Made by a program: the position numbers and the translations under genes. Positions 13,321 to 25,631 of a DNA stretch of 64,000 bases are shown here, one piece after another. Source of the DNA: Narcine bancroftii (Eukaryota). The notes under the pieces were generated by a model. That model made no database searches, was not told the origin of the DNA, and was given only the letters and a program-made list of their open reading frames with translations. The stretch lies in assembly GCF_036971445.1 (NCBI RefSeq), contig NC_091473.1, positions 128,898,001-128,962,000 of the forward strand. Reading direction: 5' to 3'. How positions within the stretch are numbered: the stretch's first letter is position 1; the number at the start of each line of letters is the position of its first letter.

Positions 13321-13654
13321 TTGTTTTTTTTATAGATTTTCAAAGATCTTAGCTTCACCCTGCTCTTGGTTTAGAGTGAGTGAAGTGGGACCATTGGAAT
13401 CGAGATTGTAAATGTTCATGATAGCATTGAATCTGCACATTTTATGGTTATCGGCAAGATGCCGAAACTGCCATACCCAATCTTGCAACAATCTTTTTTT
13501 GGCTATGTGACTCAGGAACTTTGTCTGGATTTGAAGATGACATGCTTCCACACCAGCTCTGTGGTTCCCATTGAAGCTGAGTAGGTTAGGCTGATGTGAT
13601 ACCGACAATGTTTAGGCAAAAGATAATGCTGAGAGTGGATATTTTGTGACGCGG

Positions 13655-13987
13655 TAAAGGACTGCCTAAAGAAATCTCTTGGTGCCTGCCACATTGACCG
13701 CCCCCAGTGGGCTGATAACGCCTCAAACCGTGCATCTTGGCGCCTCACAGTTTGGCGGGCAGCAACCTCCTTTGAAGAAGACCGCAGAGCCCACCTCACT
13801 GACAAAAGGCAAAGGAGGAAAAACCCAACACCCAACCCCAACCAACCAATTTTCCCCTGCAACCGCTGCAACCGTGTCTGCCTGTCCCGCATCGGACTTG
13901 TCAGCCACAAACGAGCCTGCAGCTGATGTGGACTTTTTACCCCCTCCATAAATCTTTGTCCGCGAAGCCAAGCCAAAGAAAGAAAAA
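13655..13987 (+). mobile_element. RTE-clade LINE 3' fragment
   Basis: Encodes KDCLKKSL...SWRLTV...FEEDR...FPCNRCNRVCLSRIGLVSHKRAC*, an RTE C-terminal Zn-finger-like motif. A-rich tail. Near-identical copies at 56080-56357 and 58410-58597. Confidence 0.8.
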
Positions 13988-14144
13988 TTCCTTCTGCTGT
14001 TTACACTGAGCTTCTTTGCACCAATGAACTCAAGGATTTCAATCTAAACTGCTCCTCCATTTTATGTAGTCTCTGGCAAGAAATTCTTTCATTTTAATGG
14101 GAAAGTTACAGATTTGTAGACACCTCGATAATATTCTTCAATTA

Positions 14145-14530
14145 TTTATTTGACTTGCCTGGGAGTCTTTTGTACTAATTGAGCTCAGAGTACAGAGTAC
14201 AGTGTGGCATCTGCACCTCTTTCCTGATGGCAGCAGCAAGAACAGAGCATATGCTGGGTGGTGTGCATCTTTGATGATTGCTACTGTCTTCTGACAGCAG
14301 CGTTCCCTGTAGATATACTCATTAGTAGGGAGAGTTTTGCCTGTAATTTTCTGGGCTGCATCCATTTCCTTTTGGAGACCTTTATGCTCAGGGGTATTGG
14401 GGTTCCCATTCAGCCGGTCAACCCACTTTCCACCGCACACCTGTAGAAATTTACCAGGCTTTCTGATGTCATACCAAACCGCCACAAACTCCTGAGGAAG
14501 TAGAAGTGCTGATGTGCTTTCTTCATGGTC
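14145..14530 (-). mobile_element. Rex1/Babar LINE fragment
   Basis: Minus ORF ...AAQKITG...IIKDAHHPAYALFLLLPSGKR, a typical Rex1 C-terminus. Confidence 0.8.
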
Positions 14531-14783
14531 TAAATGGCCACCAGGAGAAGATGGCTGAGGAGAATCCTGGCAATGACTTTTCTTGGAGTAGGCAGCGGGG
14601 GGATCTTTTTGTGGTTACCACAGTTAGACATCTCCTTTCTTGAAGATACTCACAATCATGGTATCTATGAGATAATAAGGTTATGATTGAAGTCTCTCTC
14701 AATCAAGTTTAAGAAATTCAGCAGGAATATTATGTTCTTCAGGTCTTGTTATTGCTCAGGTTCAACTTCTTGTTGATCTCGGA

Positions 14784-15807
14784 CAGGGGTGTCAAACTCA
14801 AATTCACGGAGGGCCAAAATTAAAAACTTGGACTAAGTCGAGGGCCGAACTAAATATTTATTGAAAATTTTCAACAACATCTGCATGTTTTCTCTTCTTT
14901 CAACATATGTAATGTTAAACTTTTTCTTATTAAAATAAATGTTTAATAATAGTTTTGGATAAACTCTTTCCAGAAGCATTTACAAATGAGAAATAAAATA
15001 TTCAATAAATAATATTTCTCTATAGAGGATTTGTCAAATGTTGCTAGTGTGCTGTCGAATAGTAAAATCTGAGGGCTATTGAGAATGTTGGAGAATAACA
15101 TGATTCCTGAAACAATCAAATGGGTGACTGATTGTGGGCATGAACTCTAGCAGGGTTATTTGCCATGCCCTTTTTCCATTGGTACAGATATCCTTTGATT
15201 TACACACTTTTCAAGTTTTATGCCTAATGAGCTTGTATCCAGGTGCAGGACTATTTTTAACCAGGAATATATTTATCACTGTGACATGAAACTATTGGAG
15301 GATCGTTTTATCCTGAGATTAAAGTTCATAATCCTTACTCAGGCCTGTGTGCGGGAGGGCGGGGTTTGCGGGCGATCGGGTTGGACAACAACAGTGCGGA
15401 GGCATTGGCTCTCGCTGCAGGGCGGCATCTCGGCGGATCAATGGCCCCGTCACCGTGAGTCACGGATCGGCCTGCGGCAGGGAGGGGGAGTGGGCAACGG
15501 TCCTGGCGAGGTCAGGCCCGAGGCCTCCGGTTCCGGGTGCTGGGAAGCGGCCTTGGCTTCCCCTGACACTGGCCAGGCCCCAAAACCAGAGTCCACGGTG
15601 AGACCCTGCAACGTAAACAGAAGAGGTGGGGGCGATTAGCAGGCTGACGCCAATGCATTCTGGGATTTGTTGTATTACTGTGCATGCGCTATACTGGCGC
15701 GGCAGCCAGCGGGCCACCTCTAATACATTTTTGAAATGATCTTGCGAGCCAAATATAATTATATCGCGGGCCAAATTTGGCCCGCGGGCCAGAGTTTGAC
15801 ATGTGTG
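14784..15807. mobile_element. hAT (Charlie-like) non-autonomous element
   Basis: TIRs CAGGGGTGTCAAACT / AGTTTGACATGTGTG. 8-bp TSD ATCTCGGA/ATCTAGGA. GGCCCGCGGGCC subterminal motif. Confidence 0.85.
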
Positions 15808-15924
15808 ATCTAGGACAATGGATGGATGCAACTAAATATTTTGTCATGAAATGGATACACGTGTCAAAAGCAGATACATAGTTGAGTTCTTGGAAGTGGT
15901 CTACTAGATGGTCATGTAGTACAC

Positions 15925-16957
15925 AAACGTGCTGGAGAAACTCTGCTGGCCATGCAGTGTTTACAGAAAGAGAAATGATATAAGCAATATTTCAAGTTCT
16001 GAGCCCTTTGCCAAATACAAGCTAAAATCAGGTAGGCACCTGAATAAAAATGTTGGAAAGAGAGGAGAGAGGGAAGTAGGGGAAACAAGCAAAGTGGATA
16101 TGGGTGAGAGGACAGAAGAGGACAAAGCTGAGAAGTGATATGAGGAGGGGGTAGCTTCCTGAATTGAGAGGGAAGAGGATGTGCAGCAGAAAGAAAGGAG
16201 ACAGAGTGATAGGGAAAGAGACAGGGAAGAGGTCTAATGGAAACTGGAGAAGTTGATGTTATTGCTATATGGTTGAAGAGTGCCCAAACAGAACAGAAGA
16301 TGCTGCTCTTCCAATTTGTGGGTAGTCTTGTGGCAGTGCCACAAGCCCATGGACAGGCTTGTCAGTGCGGGAATGGGGTATGGTATTAAAATGGTTGGGA
16401 GGTCCTTGTTATTGCAGCAGACAAAGCAAAGGTGCTCAGTGAAACAATCTCCCAGTCTGCAATGTAGAGAAGGCCGCAACAGGAGCATGAGATGAAGTAG
16501 ATGACCCCTGCAGATTCACAAGTGAAGTGTTGCTTCACTTGGACGACTGTTTGGGGTCCCAAATGATAGTGAGGAAGGAGGTGTGAGTGCAAGTGTAGAA
16601 TTTCCTGTTGTCATTGAGGTTGGTATCGAAGGCCAACTAGTGAGAAGGGATAAGTGAGTGAGGGAGTCCAAGAGGTGGGACCATGTTGTAGGTGGTGGAA
16701 ATTGCGGAGGATAATATGTTGGATGCAGAGAATGGTGGGATAGTAGGTGACAATAAGGGGAATCCTGTCCTTATTGTGTCTAGGGTCAGAGGAAGTCAGG
16801 CAGATGTATGGGAAATAGAAGAGATGCAAACAAAGGCTGAGTTGATGGCAATAGAGGGGAAGCGATGTTTCTTAAAGGAAGAGAACATCTTGGATGTTGT
16901 GGAATGGAAGACCTCAGGTTTGATGGAGGCAGAGGAATTGTGAGAAAGGCATAGAAT
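15925..16957 (-). mobile_element. Penelope-like element fragment (GIY-YIG region plus pLTR)
   Basis: Minus-strand VKQHFTCESAGVIYFISCSCCGLLYI, RLGDCFTEHL, KLEEQHL.F.LGTLQP and DRIPLIVTYYP. pLTR end at about 15930-16015. Confidence 0.85.
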
Positions 16958-17220
16958 TGTAGTGAAACCACTATTCTACATATTCACTATTACCTTTCCT
17001 GATTGACCCTTCTCTCACTTGCTGGTCATGACTCCTCCCCTATCTTCCCCATAAAGGCTGTCATGTCACAACCTTGCCCTCAGTTCAAGTCCAGGTGTGA
17101 GTGACCAATGCAGGGATGCTGTCCATCTCTTGCAAAGAAAAGCCTTCAGTTTCGATTACTTCAGTCTTTGTGCAATTGATCGTGCACCAATTTTATTTGC
17201 AAGATTTTTTTTCCTGGAAC

Positions 17221-20200
17221 ATGGACAAGTGCATGAAGTTGGATTGCCTAGAAATCAACCCGAGAGAACCCATGGCAGCTAACAAGTTCACGCTCTGGCG
17301 CCACTGTTTCAAAAAGTTCCTCACAGCCTCCGCAACAGCTATCCAGGATGACGAGGATGAGGTCCACCTGCTATTCTCGTACATCAGGAATGGGACTACC
17401 AGAGTTGCAATGGATACCCTGAAGGACCAGTATAAAGTCCAGGTGAATGAGGTCTATGTGTGGCACATACTCCACTCATGCAGGCAGTGACCTGGGGAAA
17501 TCTTCAATTACTTAGTCAGAGCCCTGCAGGAGCTTGCAATTGACTGCAATTGCCAGGATGTGAGTGCAGAACAACATACACAGCTGCTGATCAGAGACGC
17601 CAGTGTAACATGTATCCGCTCTGACTACGTGAAACAGAAGCTACTCGAACAGAGACAACTGAGCCTACCTCATACCATCGAACTGGCGAACACTCTAGAG
17701 GTAGCCATCCACATCGCTGAATCGTTCTCCAGCGAATATGCAGCCACCTCATGGGGAACAAAGGGGCCACCATCTTAGGAGGTGGGATCACAAGGCCCCT
17801 CCCATCCTGAACTGACCACCATTGCTGTTAGCGACCACCTGACCTGATACTTCTTCAGGCAGGCGAAGCACCTGAGGAAACGCTGCGCTGCCAGGGACAC
17901 CATCTACTCTAACTGTGGGTAGAAAGGACACTTTGCGAAGGTCTGTAAGTCCAAACAAACCCCGAAGCGCCGCATGCGAGCAAATGCAGCCATCTTCGAG
18001 GCTGTCACTTCCGGGCACCTGGGACAGCCACACATGCACTACATTGAGACCGCTGACCTCGGTGACATCACTTCTGCCTTCTCCTTTTCTATTTTTGCAC
18101 CATGGGGTGGGGGGGGGGCACCATCTTACTGGACTGCCAGCAGCCAATGGAACTCCTCAGATGACAAGCTGATACTGGCATCAGTAACTCTGGATCAGGA
18201 CACACCCATCAACTCTCCAGGGTCATGATGGACATTCAGATAAACAGCCACCCCACCACTTGCCCATTTGACAGTGGAAGCACTGAAAACTTAATTCACC
18301 CAAACATTGCACAACACTACTCCTTTGGGGTGAAGCCTGCGAGTCACATTATTTCCTTAGCATCCAAATCCCATTCAGCAAAGGGTCATGGCAGTTTCAC
18401 AGTAACACTGACTGTCCAGGGTTTGGTCTATCGTGACTTTACACTCCTCGTGCTGCCACAGCTCTTTGCACCCATCCTAATGGATTAAACTTCCAGTGCA
18501 ACTTAAAGAGTGTCATCATGGAGTATGATAGGCCACATCCCCCCACATGGTCTGTAACGTGCAGTTTTTAAACTACCTGCTCCCCATCACCATGTAGCCG
18601 ACCAGCAGCCCCAAACCCACAGGGCCAACCAGCAACCCCGAACCAAATCACCACGTCTGACATGTGGTCTCTTCATGCTCCAGCTCTCTCCCCCATCCCT
18701 GTTCGCTAATCTCACCCCTGACTGTAAGCCTGTCATCACTAAAAGTCGGCAATGTAGTGCCGGGGGCAGGGCATTTATATGTCAGAGGTGGTGATTTATA
18801 TGTCGAGGGGGTTACAAAAAAGATTGATGAAGGGAAGGCTGTGGATGTTGTCTATTTAGTCTTTAGTAAAACTTTTGACAAAGTTCTTCAAAGGAGATTA
18901 GGAAAAAAGGTGGAGGCATTAGGTATAAATAAGGAGATAGTGAAATGGATTCAGCAATGGTTGGATGGGAGGTGTCAGAGAGTACTGGTAGAAAATTGTT
19001 CATCAAATTGGAGGCCGGTGACTAGTGTGGAGTTCCTCAGAGTTCGGTCCTGGGTCCACTATTGTTTGGTATCTATATTAACGATCTGGAAGAAGGGGTG
19101 GTGAATTGGATAAGTAAGTTTGCAGAGGATACAAAGATTGGTGGTATTGTGGACAGTGAGGAAGATTACCGTAGCTTAAAAAGAAATATAGGAAAGCTAG
19201 AGGAGTGGGTTGAGAAATGGCTGATGGAATTTAATGGGGATAAGTGTGAAGTGTTGCATTTTGGAAAGGCATATCTAAATAGGTCATAAACATTGAATGG
19301 TAGACAATTGAGATGTGCAGAGCAACAAAGGGATTTAGGAGTTATGGTAAATAGTACCCTCAAATTTGATACTCAGGTAGATAGAGTGGTGAAGAAGGCA
19401 TTTGGAATGTTGGCCTTCATAAATCAGAGTATTGAATTCAAGAGTTGGGATGTTATGATGAAATTGTACAAAGCATTGGTGAGGCCAAATTTGGAGTACT
19501 GTGTACAGTTTTGGTCATCAAATTATAGGAAGGATATAAACAAAATAGAGAGAGTACAGAGAAGGTTCACGAGAATGTTGACAGGATGTCAGGGTCTGAG
19601 TTACAGAGAAAGGTTGAGCAGCCTGGGGCTTTTTTCTCTGGAGTATAGAAGACTGAGGGGGGATTTGATGGAGGTGTTCAAGATTTTAAAAGGGACAGAG
19701 AAAGTCAACGTGGATAGGCTTTTTCAATTAAGAGTGGGGGATATTCAAACCAGAGGCCATGGTTTGAGATTGCAGGGGGAAAATTATAAGGGGAACATGA
19801 GGGGAAATTTCTTCACACAAAGGGTGGTTGGGATGTGGAATAAGCTTCCGGCAGAGGTGGTTGAAGCAAGGACGTTATTTACGTTTAAGGAAAGACTCGA
19901 TAATTACATGGAGGGGAGAGGATTGGAGGGGTATGGACCAGGTGCTGGTCAGTGGGACTAGGAGGGTGGGGATTTGTTCCGGCATGGACTAATAGGGCCA
20001 AACTGGCCTGTTCTGTGCTGTATATGGTTATATGGTTATATGGTGAGACTCTTCCTTGCTGAGGGGATGATAGAACAAAGTACAAGCCTCTGGAGAGCCC
20101 AGATAGTGGTGATGAAGAGTGGGGAGAAACACCAGATGGTCATCAATTACTCCCAAACCATCAATAGGTTCACCCGGCTGGACGCATACCCTGTCCCGCA

Positions 20201-22310
20201 TAGCTGACATGGTGAACCAGATTGCACACGACAATGTCCTCTCCACCATAGTCCTTGAGTCCGCATACCACCAGCTCCCCGTCACCCCGAAGTCCGACAG
20301 TATAATCGCCTTCAAGGGGAATGGCCGGCTTTACCATTTCCTGAGGGTCCACTTTGGAGTCACGAATGGAGTGTCAGTCTTTCAGAGACAGATGGATTAG
20401 ATGGTGGATGAATACAGGCTACGGGCCACTTTCCCATACCTTGACATTGTCACCATCTGCGTCCATGATCAGCAGGGCATGATAGGAACCTCTAGAAATT
20501 TCTCCACACTGCAAAATGCCTCAACTTGATGTTTAACACAGGGATGTGTCTCTTCAGCACATGTCACTTGGCTATTCTAGGCTGTATTGTGGAGAATGGA
20601 GTCATCAGTCCCGATCCCAACTGCATGCACCCACTGTTAGAAATCCCTCTCCCCCATTCCCTCAAGGCTCTGAAAAGGTGCCTGGCGTTTTTCTCTTATT
20701 ACGCTCGGTGGGTCCACAGCTACATGGAGAAGTCCCGACCCCTCATCAGGTCCACTGTTTTCCCCCATCAGCAGAAGCCTGGAAGGCATTCGACCATATA
20801 AAAGCTGACATTGCAAAGCTATGATACATACAGTGGACGAATCCATCCTGATCCAGGTTGAGACCGATGCATTGGCCCTTGCCCTGGCCACTACACTTAA
20901 CCAGGCAGGCAGGCCCATAGCATTTTTTTGCGTACCCTCCAGGGCCCTGAGATCCAGCACTCCTCCATTGAGAAAGAGGTCCAGGCTATCGTTGAAGCGG
21001 TATAGCACTGGAGACATTATCTCACCAGTAAGAATTTTACCCTGCTGATCGACCAATGAGCAGTCACTTTCATGTTTAACAATCAGCATCAGGGTAAAAT
21101 CAAAAATGATAAAATTCTGAGGTGGAGAATCGAGCTCTCCACATACAATACAATTATGACACTGCACCGGCCCAGAAAATTCAACGAGCTCTCCAATCCC
21201 CTGTCTCAGGGGAATTGCGCCAGTGATTGATTGCAGGCTCTGCCACCCAGGGATCACTCATTTTTTTCACTTTATCAAGGACCGTAATCTCCTCTACTCC
21301 ATTGAGGACATCTGGACGCTGACCAAAAATTGTCGGGATTGCTTCTACCAGCCTGACCAGTACGCCACTTGCCCCTTTGAACGTTTGAGTATGGACTTCA
21401 AAGGACATCTATCCTCCATGAATCACAATGTGTACTTACAATGTGTACTTCATCACCCTCATCAAAGAGTACTTGCAGTTCCCCTTTGCCATCCACTGCC
21501 CAGACATGATTGCAGCTACTGTCAAAAAGGCTCTGAATAACTTGTTCACCATCTTCGGATACCCCTGCTATGTCCACAGTGACAGGGATTTGACCTTCAT
21601 GAGCAACGAGCTGCATCAATATTTGCTGACCAAAGACATCATCTCTAGCTGGACCACCAGCTATAACCCCAAATGGAATGGCCAGGTGGAACAGGAGAAC
21701 GGCATGGTCTGGAAGGCAGTACTACTGGCCTTAAAGTCCAAAGGCTTCCCATCCCCCACTGGCAAGAAATCCTCACAGAGGTGCTCCATGTTATCTGGTC
21801 CCTGCTGTGTATGGCCACCAATGAGACACCTCATGAGAGACTGTTTACATTCCCCAGGAGACTGGTGTCAGGAACCACCTTACCTACCTGGTTGATGTTC
21901 CCCGGGCCGGTCCTACTCCACAGGCATGTGAGGACCCATAAGTCTGACCCTCTAGTCAAGAGTGTCCAGCTGCTCCACACAAACTCACAGTATGCCTATG
22001 TGGCATTCCCAGACAGGCACAAGGAGACGGTATCTATCCGGGACCTGGCACACATGGGATCCTCTGGAAATCCCCCAAACCAGTCAACAGGTATGCCACC
22101 CCAGCTCTCCAGGGCCTAATTTCCCAACTCCCACCACCCCTGCCAACCTGACAGTTGACACACACACATACCCCCATCCCCTGGCCCAGTCAAGTACCCC
22201 CGCCAAGCCAACCAGGATCAGCTGAAGTCGACGGAGACTGCTAGAGACCCCCGGACAGGGACTTGCCGGTAACAATGCCAAAGAAGACCATTGGACAGAC
22301 TGAACTTATG
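17221..22310 (+). pseudogene. Gypsy gag-pol, disrupted by stops, frameshifts and a CR1 insertion
   Basis: ATG at 17221. Zn-knuckle remnant CGxKGHFAKVC at about 17910. Protease FDSGS at about 18270. RT motifs DAYP, SAYHQ, FGVTNG and PYLD at 20180-20445. RNase H ETDA at about 20860. Integrase VHSDR and NGQVE at 21570-21690. Confidence 0.88.
18795..20040 (+). mobile_element. CR1 LINE, 5'-truncated, inserted in Gypsy pol
   Basis: DVVYL.FSKTFDKV, YINDL, KFAEDTK, RPNLEYCVQFW and FFTQRVV motifs. (TATGGT)n tail. TSD TGGTGA at 18789-18794 and 20041-20046. Confidence 0.93.
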
Positions 22311-23059
22311 AGGGTCGGCTGACCACACTATGCACCCCAGGACTTTCTTTTAAAAGAGGGGGTGAATGTAATGAAAGCACTATTGTACATATTTGTCATA
22401 TGTAAATTACATGACCTTTCCTGGTTGGCCCTGCTCTCACTGGCCAGTTCGTGACTCCTCCCCTTTCTTCCCATAAAGGCTGTCATGCCACAACCCTACC
22501 CCCAGTTCAAGTCCAGGTCAGTGTGAGTGACCAACACAAGGATGCTGTCCATCTCTTGCAAACAAATGCCTTCAGTTTCGATTACTTCAGTCTTTGTGCA
22601 ATTGATCGTACATCAAAAATCCTTCCAGATATGTGTCTTTTTTTTCTCCTTCATTGGTTCTCATCTGTTCTTGGCTATCAGTAAAGTGGGCTTTTGGGTG
22701 TTTTGATTGCATTTGTCCTTGACAACATTGGAGAAACTGCTCATTTCATTATTTCATGGTTATCTTTAGGTTACTGGACCACATTCATTTCACCAACTAT
22801 TGGTTTTGAGCTGAGCCTTCAGGTGCCCATAGAATTGTTTCATCCCCCCCACCCCCCCCCCCTCCTGAGATGTTATTGATTTCCTTGCCCTTGTAGTTAA
22901 TTAGCTCCTAGATTTTCCAGTCTTTCTTATTAAACCTGGACTACATTTTCTTCATTGATATCAATGCTGCTTCTTCACATGTGCTAATTAGGAGGTCTTC
23001 AGGGCAGCCTATACACTGAATTCTCTCTGCTGCTGTTGGTTGATCATTATCAGATTGAC

Positions 23060-23126
23060 TTTGTGAGGCCAAATTTGGAATATTGTGTGCAGTTTTGGTC
23101 ACCAAATTATAGGAAGGATATAAACA

Positions 23127-23187
<61 letters not shown>

Positions 23188-23662
23188 AGAGGAGATTTAC
23201 GAGAATGTTGCAGGGGTTTCAGGGTTTGAGTTAAAGGGAATAGTTGAGCAGTCTGGGTCTTTATTCCCTGGAGCGTAGAACATCGAGGGGTGATTTAATA
23301 GAGGTATTTAAAATTATGAGGGGGACAGATAGAGTCAATTTGGTCAGGCTTTTTCCATTAAGAGTGGGGGAGATTCAAACAGGAGGACATGGTTTGAGAT
23401 TGAAGAGGAGAAAAGTAATAGGGAAACATGAGGGGGTATTTCCTCACTCAGAGGATGGTGGGAGTGTGGAATGAGCTTCCAGCCAAAGTGGTAGATGCGG
23501 GTTCAATTTTAATATTTAAGGAAAAGTTGGATAGGTATATGGACGAGAGAGGTGTGGAGGGTTATGGACCAGGTGCGGGTCAATGGGACTAGATAGGAGT
23601 AGGTGTTCGGCATGGACGAGAAGGGTCAAACTGCCCTGTTTCTGTGCTGTAATTGTTATATG
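23060..23662 (+). mobile_element. CR1 LINE 3' fragment
   Basis: VRPNLEYCVQFWSP.YRKDI and RGDLIEVFKI motifs, CR1 3' UTR. Confidence 0.9.
23132..23186. repeat. (GA)n microsatellite inside CR1 ORF2
   Basis: Pure GA run. Confidence 0.95.
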
Positions 23663-24379
23663 ATCTGAGAAGAGAAGACTTCATAAGAACTTCAACATTA
23701 ATTTTCTTGTAATGGAATTTCAGTTACCACTGTTGGTTTGGTTGCAGGTCAGTGGAGATAACAGAGTAAATTATGCTGCAGTGGACATCTCCTCTATTTC
23801 TAGCATTGTATGCAGCCATCTTTCTAGTCCCTTGTTTGATGTTATCATAAGGCCCTTTCAGACTTGTGTCCCGCTAAATCGGCTGTTCAGTGTCCCGGGA
23901 TAGGAATGGCTGTTTAGCTTTTCACGTTTTGACCATTCCTAACTGGGACACTATATGCTTTCACACTTGCAAGGAGCCATCCTCGCGTTAGCTCTGTTCT
24001 ACCTTCAATCAGAAGTGCTAGAATAACGCAACACACAAAAGGCGGAAGTGATGTCATCTCATTCTGTACAACGGCAGACATCAGACAGATAGCTTTGGAC
24101 ATCCTGAAGATGTGCAAATCTATCACCAAACAGTCAAGTCTTATCATGCTCCTTATCTGTAATTTGGTGCAAAGAGTAACTGGTTCTGAAAAAAAAACAA
24201 CGGACACTTGATCTCAAGTGACAGAATTTTAATATCTTGTGTCGAACCTGTGAAGTGTTTGAGGAGGAGAGTGCGGTTGAGCTGGGAGACCACCGTAAAA
24301 TCGCTTGGTTATAATGAAGTATCTTGATAAGGTACCTAATAGCAGAAGTATAGGGAAGAAGGAGAGACCTCAGAGACCG

Positions 24380-25590
24380 TATTCTGGAATGAAGTCTTCG
24401 AAAGTTATGATGATGGCCAGTGGCATGAGTATCTACGAATGTCTTGTGCTACATTTGATTTCATTGCTGGGATACTGGAGCCACACCTGAAGTGTAAGAA
24501 CACAGAAAGTCCTCTGGAATCCCAGGTCAGATTTACAATAGCCTTGTGGTGGTATGCCACACCTGGAGAGTATCATTCCATGAGTGTTCTTTTAGGTGTT
24601 GGCATCTCCACTGTGTTCAGGTGACTGCCTCAATGAAAAAAACCTCATGCCTTGTTTCATTAGGCTGCCAACTGGGGAGTGTCTTCAGGAGACCACATGT
24701 CTTCAGGCATTTGAAAAAAGGGGTGGTTATCCGATATGTGCTGGTGCTGTCGATAGCAAACATGTTCTCATCATTATCACACAGGATGATCCAGCATCCT
24801 ACTATTATCGAAAAAGATGATACTCCATCATTCTTCAAGCTGCTGTCGACCACAACTGCTGGTAAGGTTGAATTATCCATTAATATCAGATTTCCTCACC
24901 TGAAAATGTTGGCATTATGTCGTCCTCGCTTTCACCTCTCGTGTTTCCAGCTTCACAGATGTGTATGTGGGTTTGCCAGGTCACACGCATAATGCTCACA
25001 TTCCTCTGAACACTCCCATTTACAGAATGGCTGAGGATGTAGACGATTATTCTATTCTCCAGTGATGTAAGTAAATCTAACACAGTGCATGACAATACTT
25101 CAACATGTACACGTTATCATCTAAAGTGTTGGATGGGCCCTTGCTTTGAACGTGACACATGATACTGGTGAGTTGGCACTGCCATTGTTTCCTTCTGCTT
25201 CAAGCAAATCTCATTGATTTTATCATAGGTCTTCAGGAATACCTACATATTTGGTCGGGGAACTCACCTATCCACTGAGAAAATGCCGATGGAGGGATCC
25301 ATCATCCTGAGCTCTGTAAGAATGGTTGTGGAGAATGCGTTTTGGCCATCTCAAAGGTCACTAGAGCTGCCTGTCGAAACAAATAGGTATTAATACCACC
25401 TTTGCGTCAGAGGTTGTTGCTGCCTTCTGTGACTTGCATAATATCTGCAAGCGTAACAAAGAGCACTTCCTGATAGAGTGGAGGGCCTGATGCATCTCAT
25501 CTCCCTCCTCCAGAAAAAAATCCCTGACAGACAGAGGCCATGGTCTGCAAACCATATGTGAGGCTATTGTGACAGTCCTGTGTGGAAATG
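24380..25590 (+). pseudogene. Harbinger DDE transposase (HARBI1-like), intron-containing, disrupted
   Basis: IALWWYATPGEY...GVGISTV, CAGAVDSKHV (GAIDG.H), YYYRK, VDH, FTDVYVG, VG..TYPL and RMVVENAF motifs. GT-AG intron 24862-24950 restores C|FTDV. A second GT donor lies at 25067. Confidence 0.8.
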
Positions 25591-25631
25591 AAGATAATAA
25601 CTGACTCATTTCCCTTAAAAGTCAATAAAAC

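Larger units (their letters stand above)
16958..22615 (+). mobile_element. Full-length decayed Ty3/Gypsy LTR retrotransposon
   Basis: LTRs 16958-17189 and 22367-22615 (TG...CA). TSD AGAAT/AAAAT. Polypurine tract AAAAGAGGGGGTGAA before the 3' LTR. Domain order gag-PR-RT-RH-IN. Confidence 0.93.

Noticed and set aside
19293-19961. Longest ORF (222 aa) as a host gene
   Set aside because: It is the C-terminal part of CR1 ORF2 in a 5'-truncated copy.
23036-23278. ERERER-rich ORFs (also 32756-33013)
   Set aside because: They are translations of (GA)n/(TC)n microsatellites.
24380-25590. Domesticated host HARBI1 gene
   Set aside because: It has frameshifts and stops and is enclosed by TIRs, so it is a decayed transposon.
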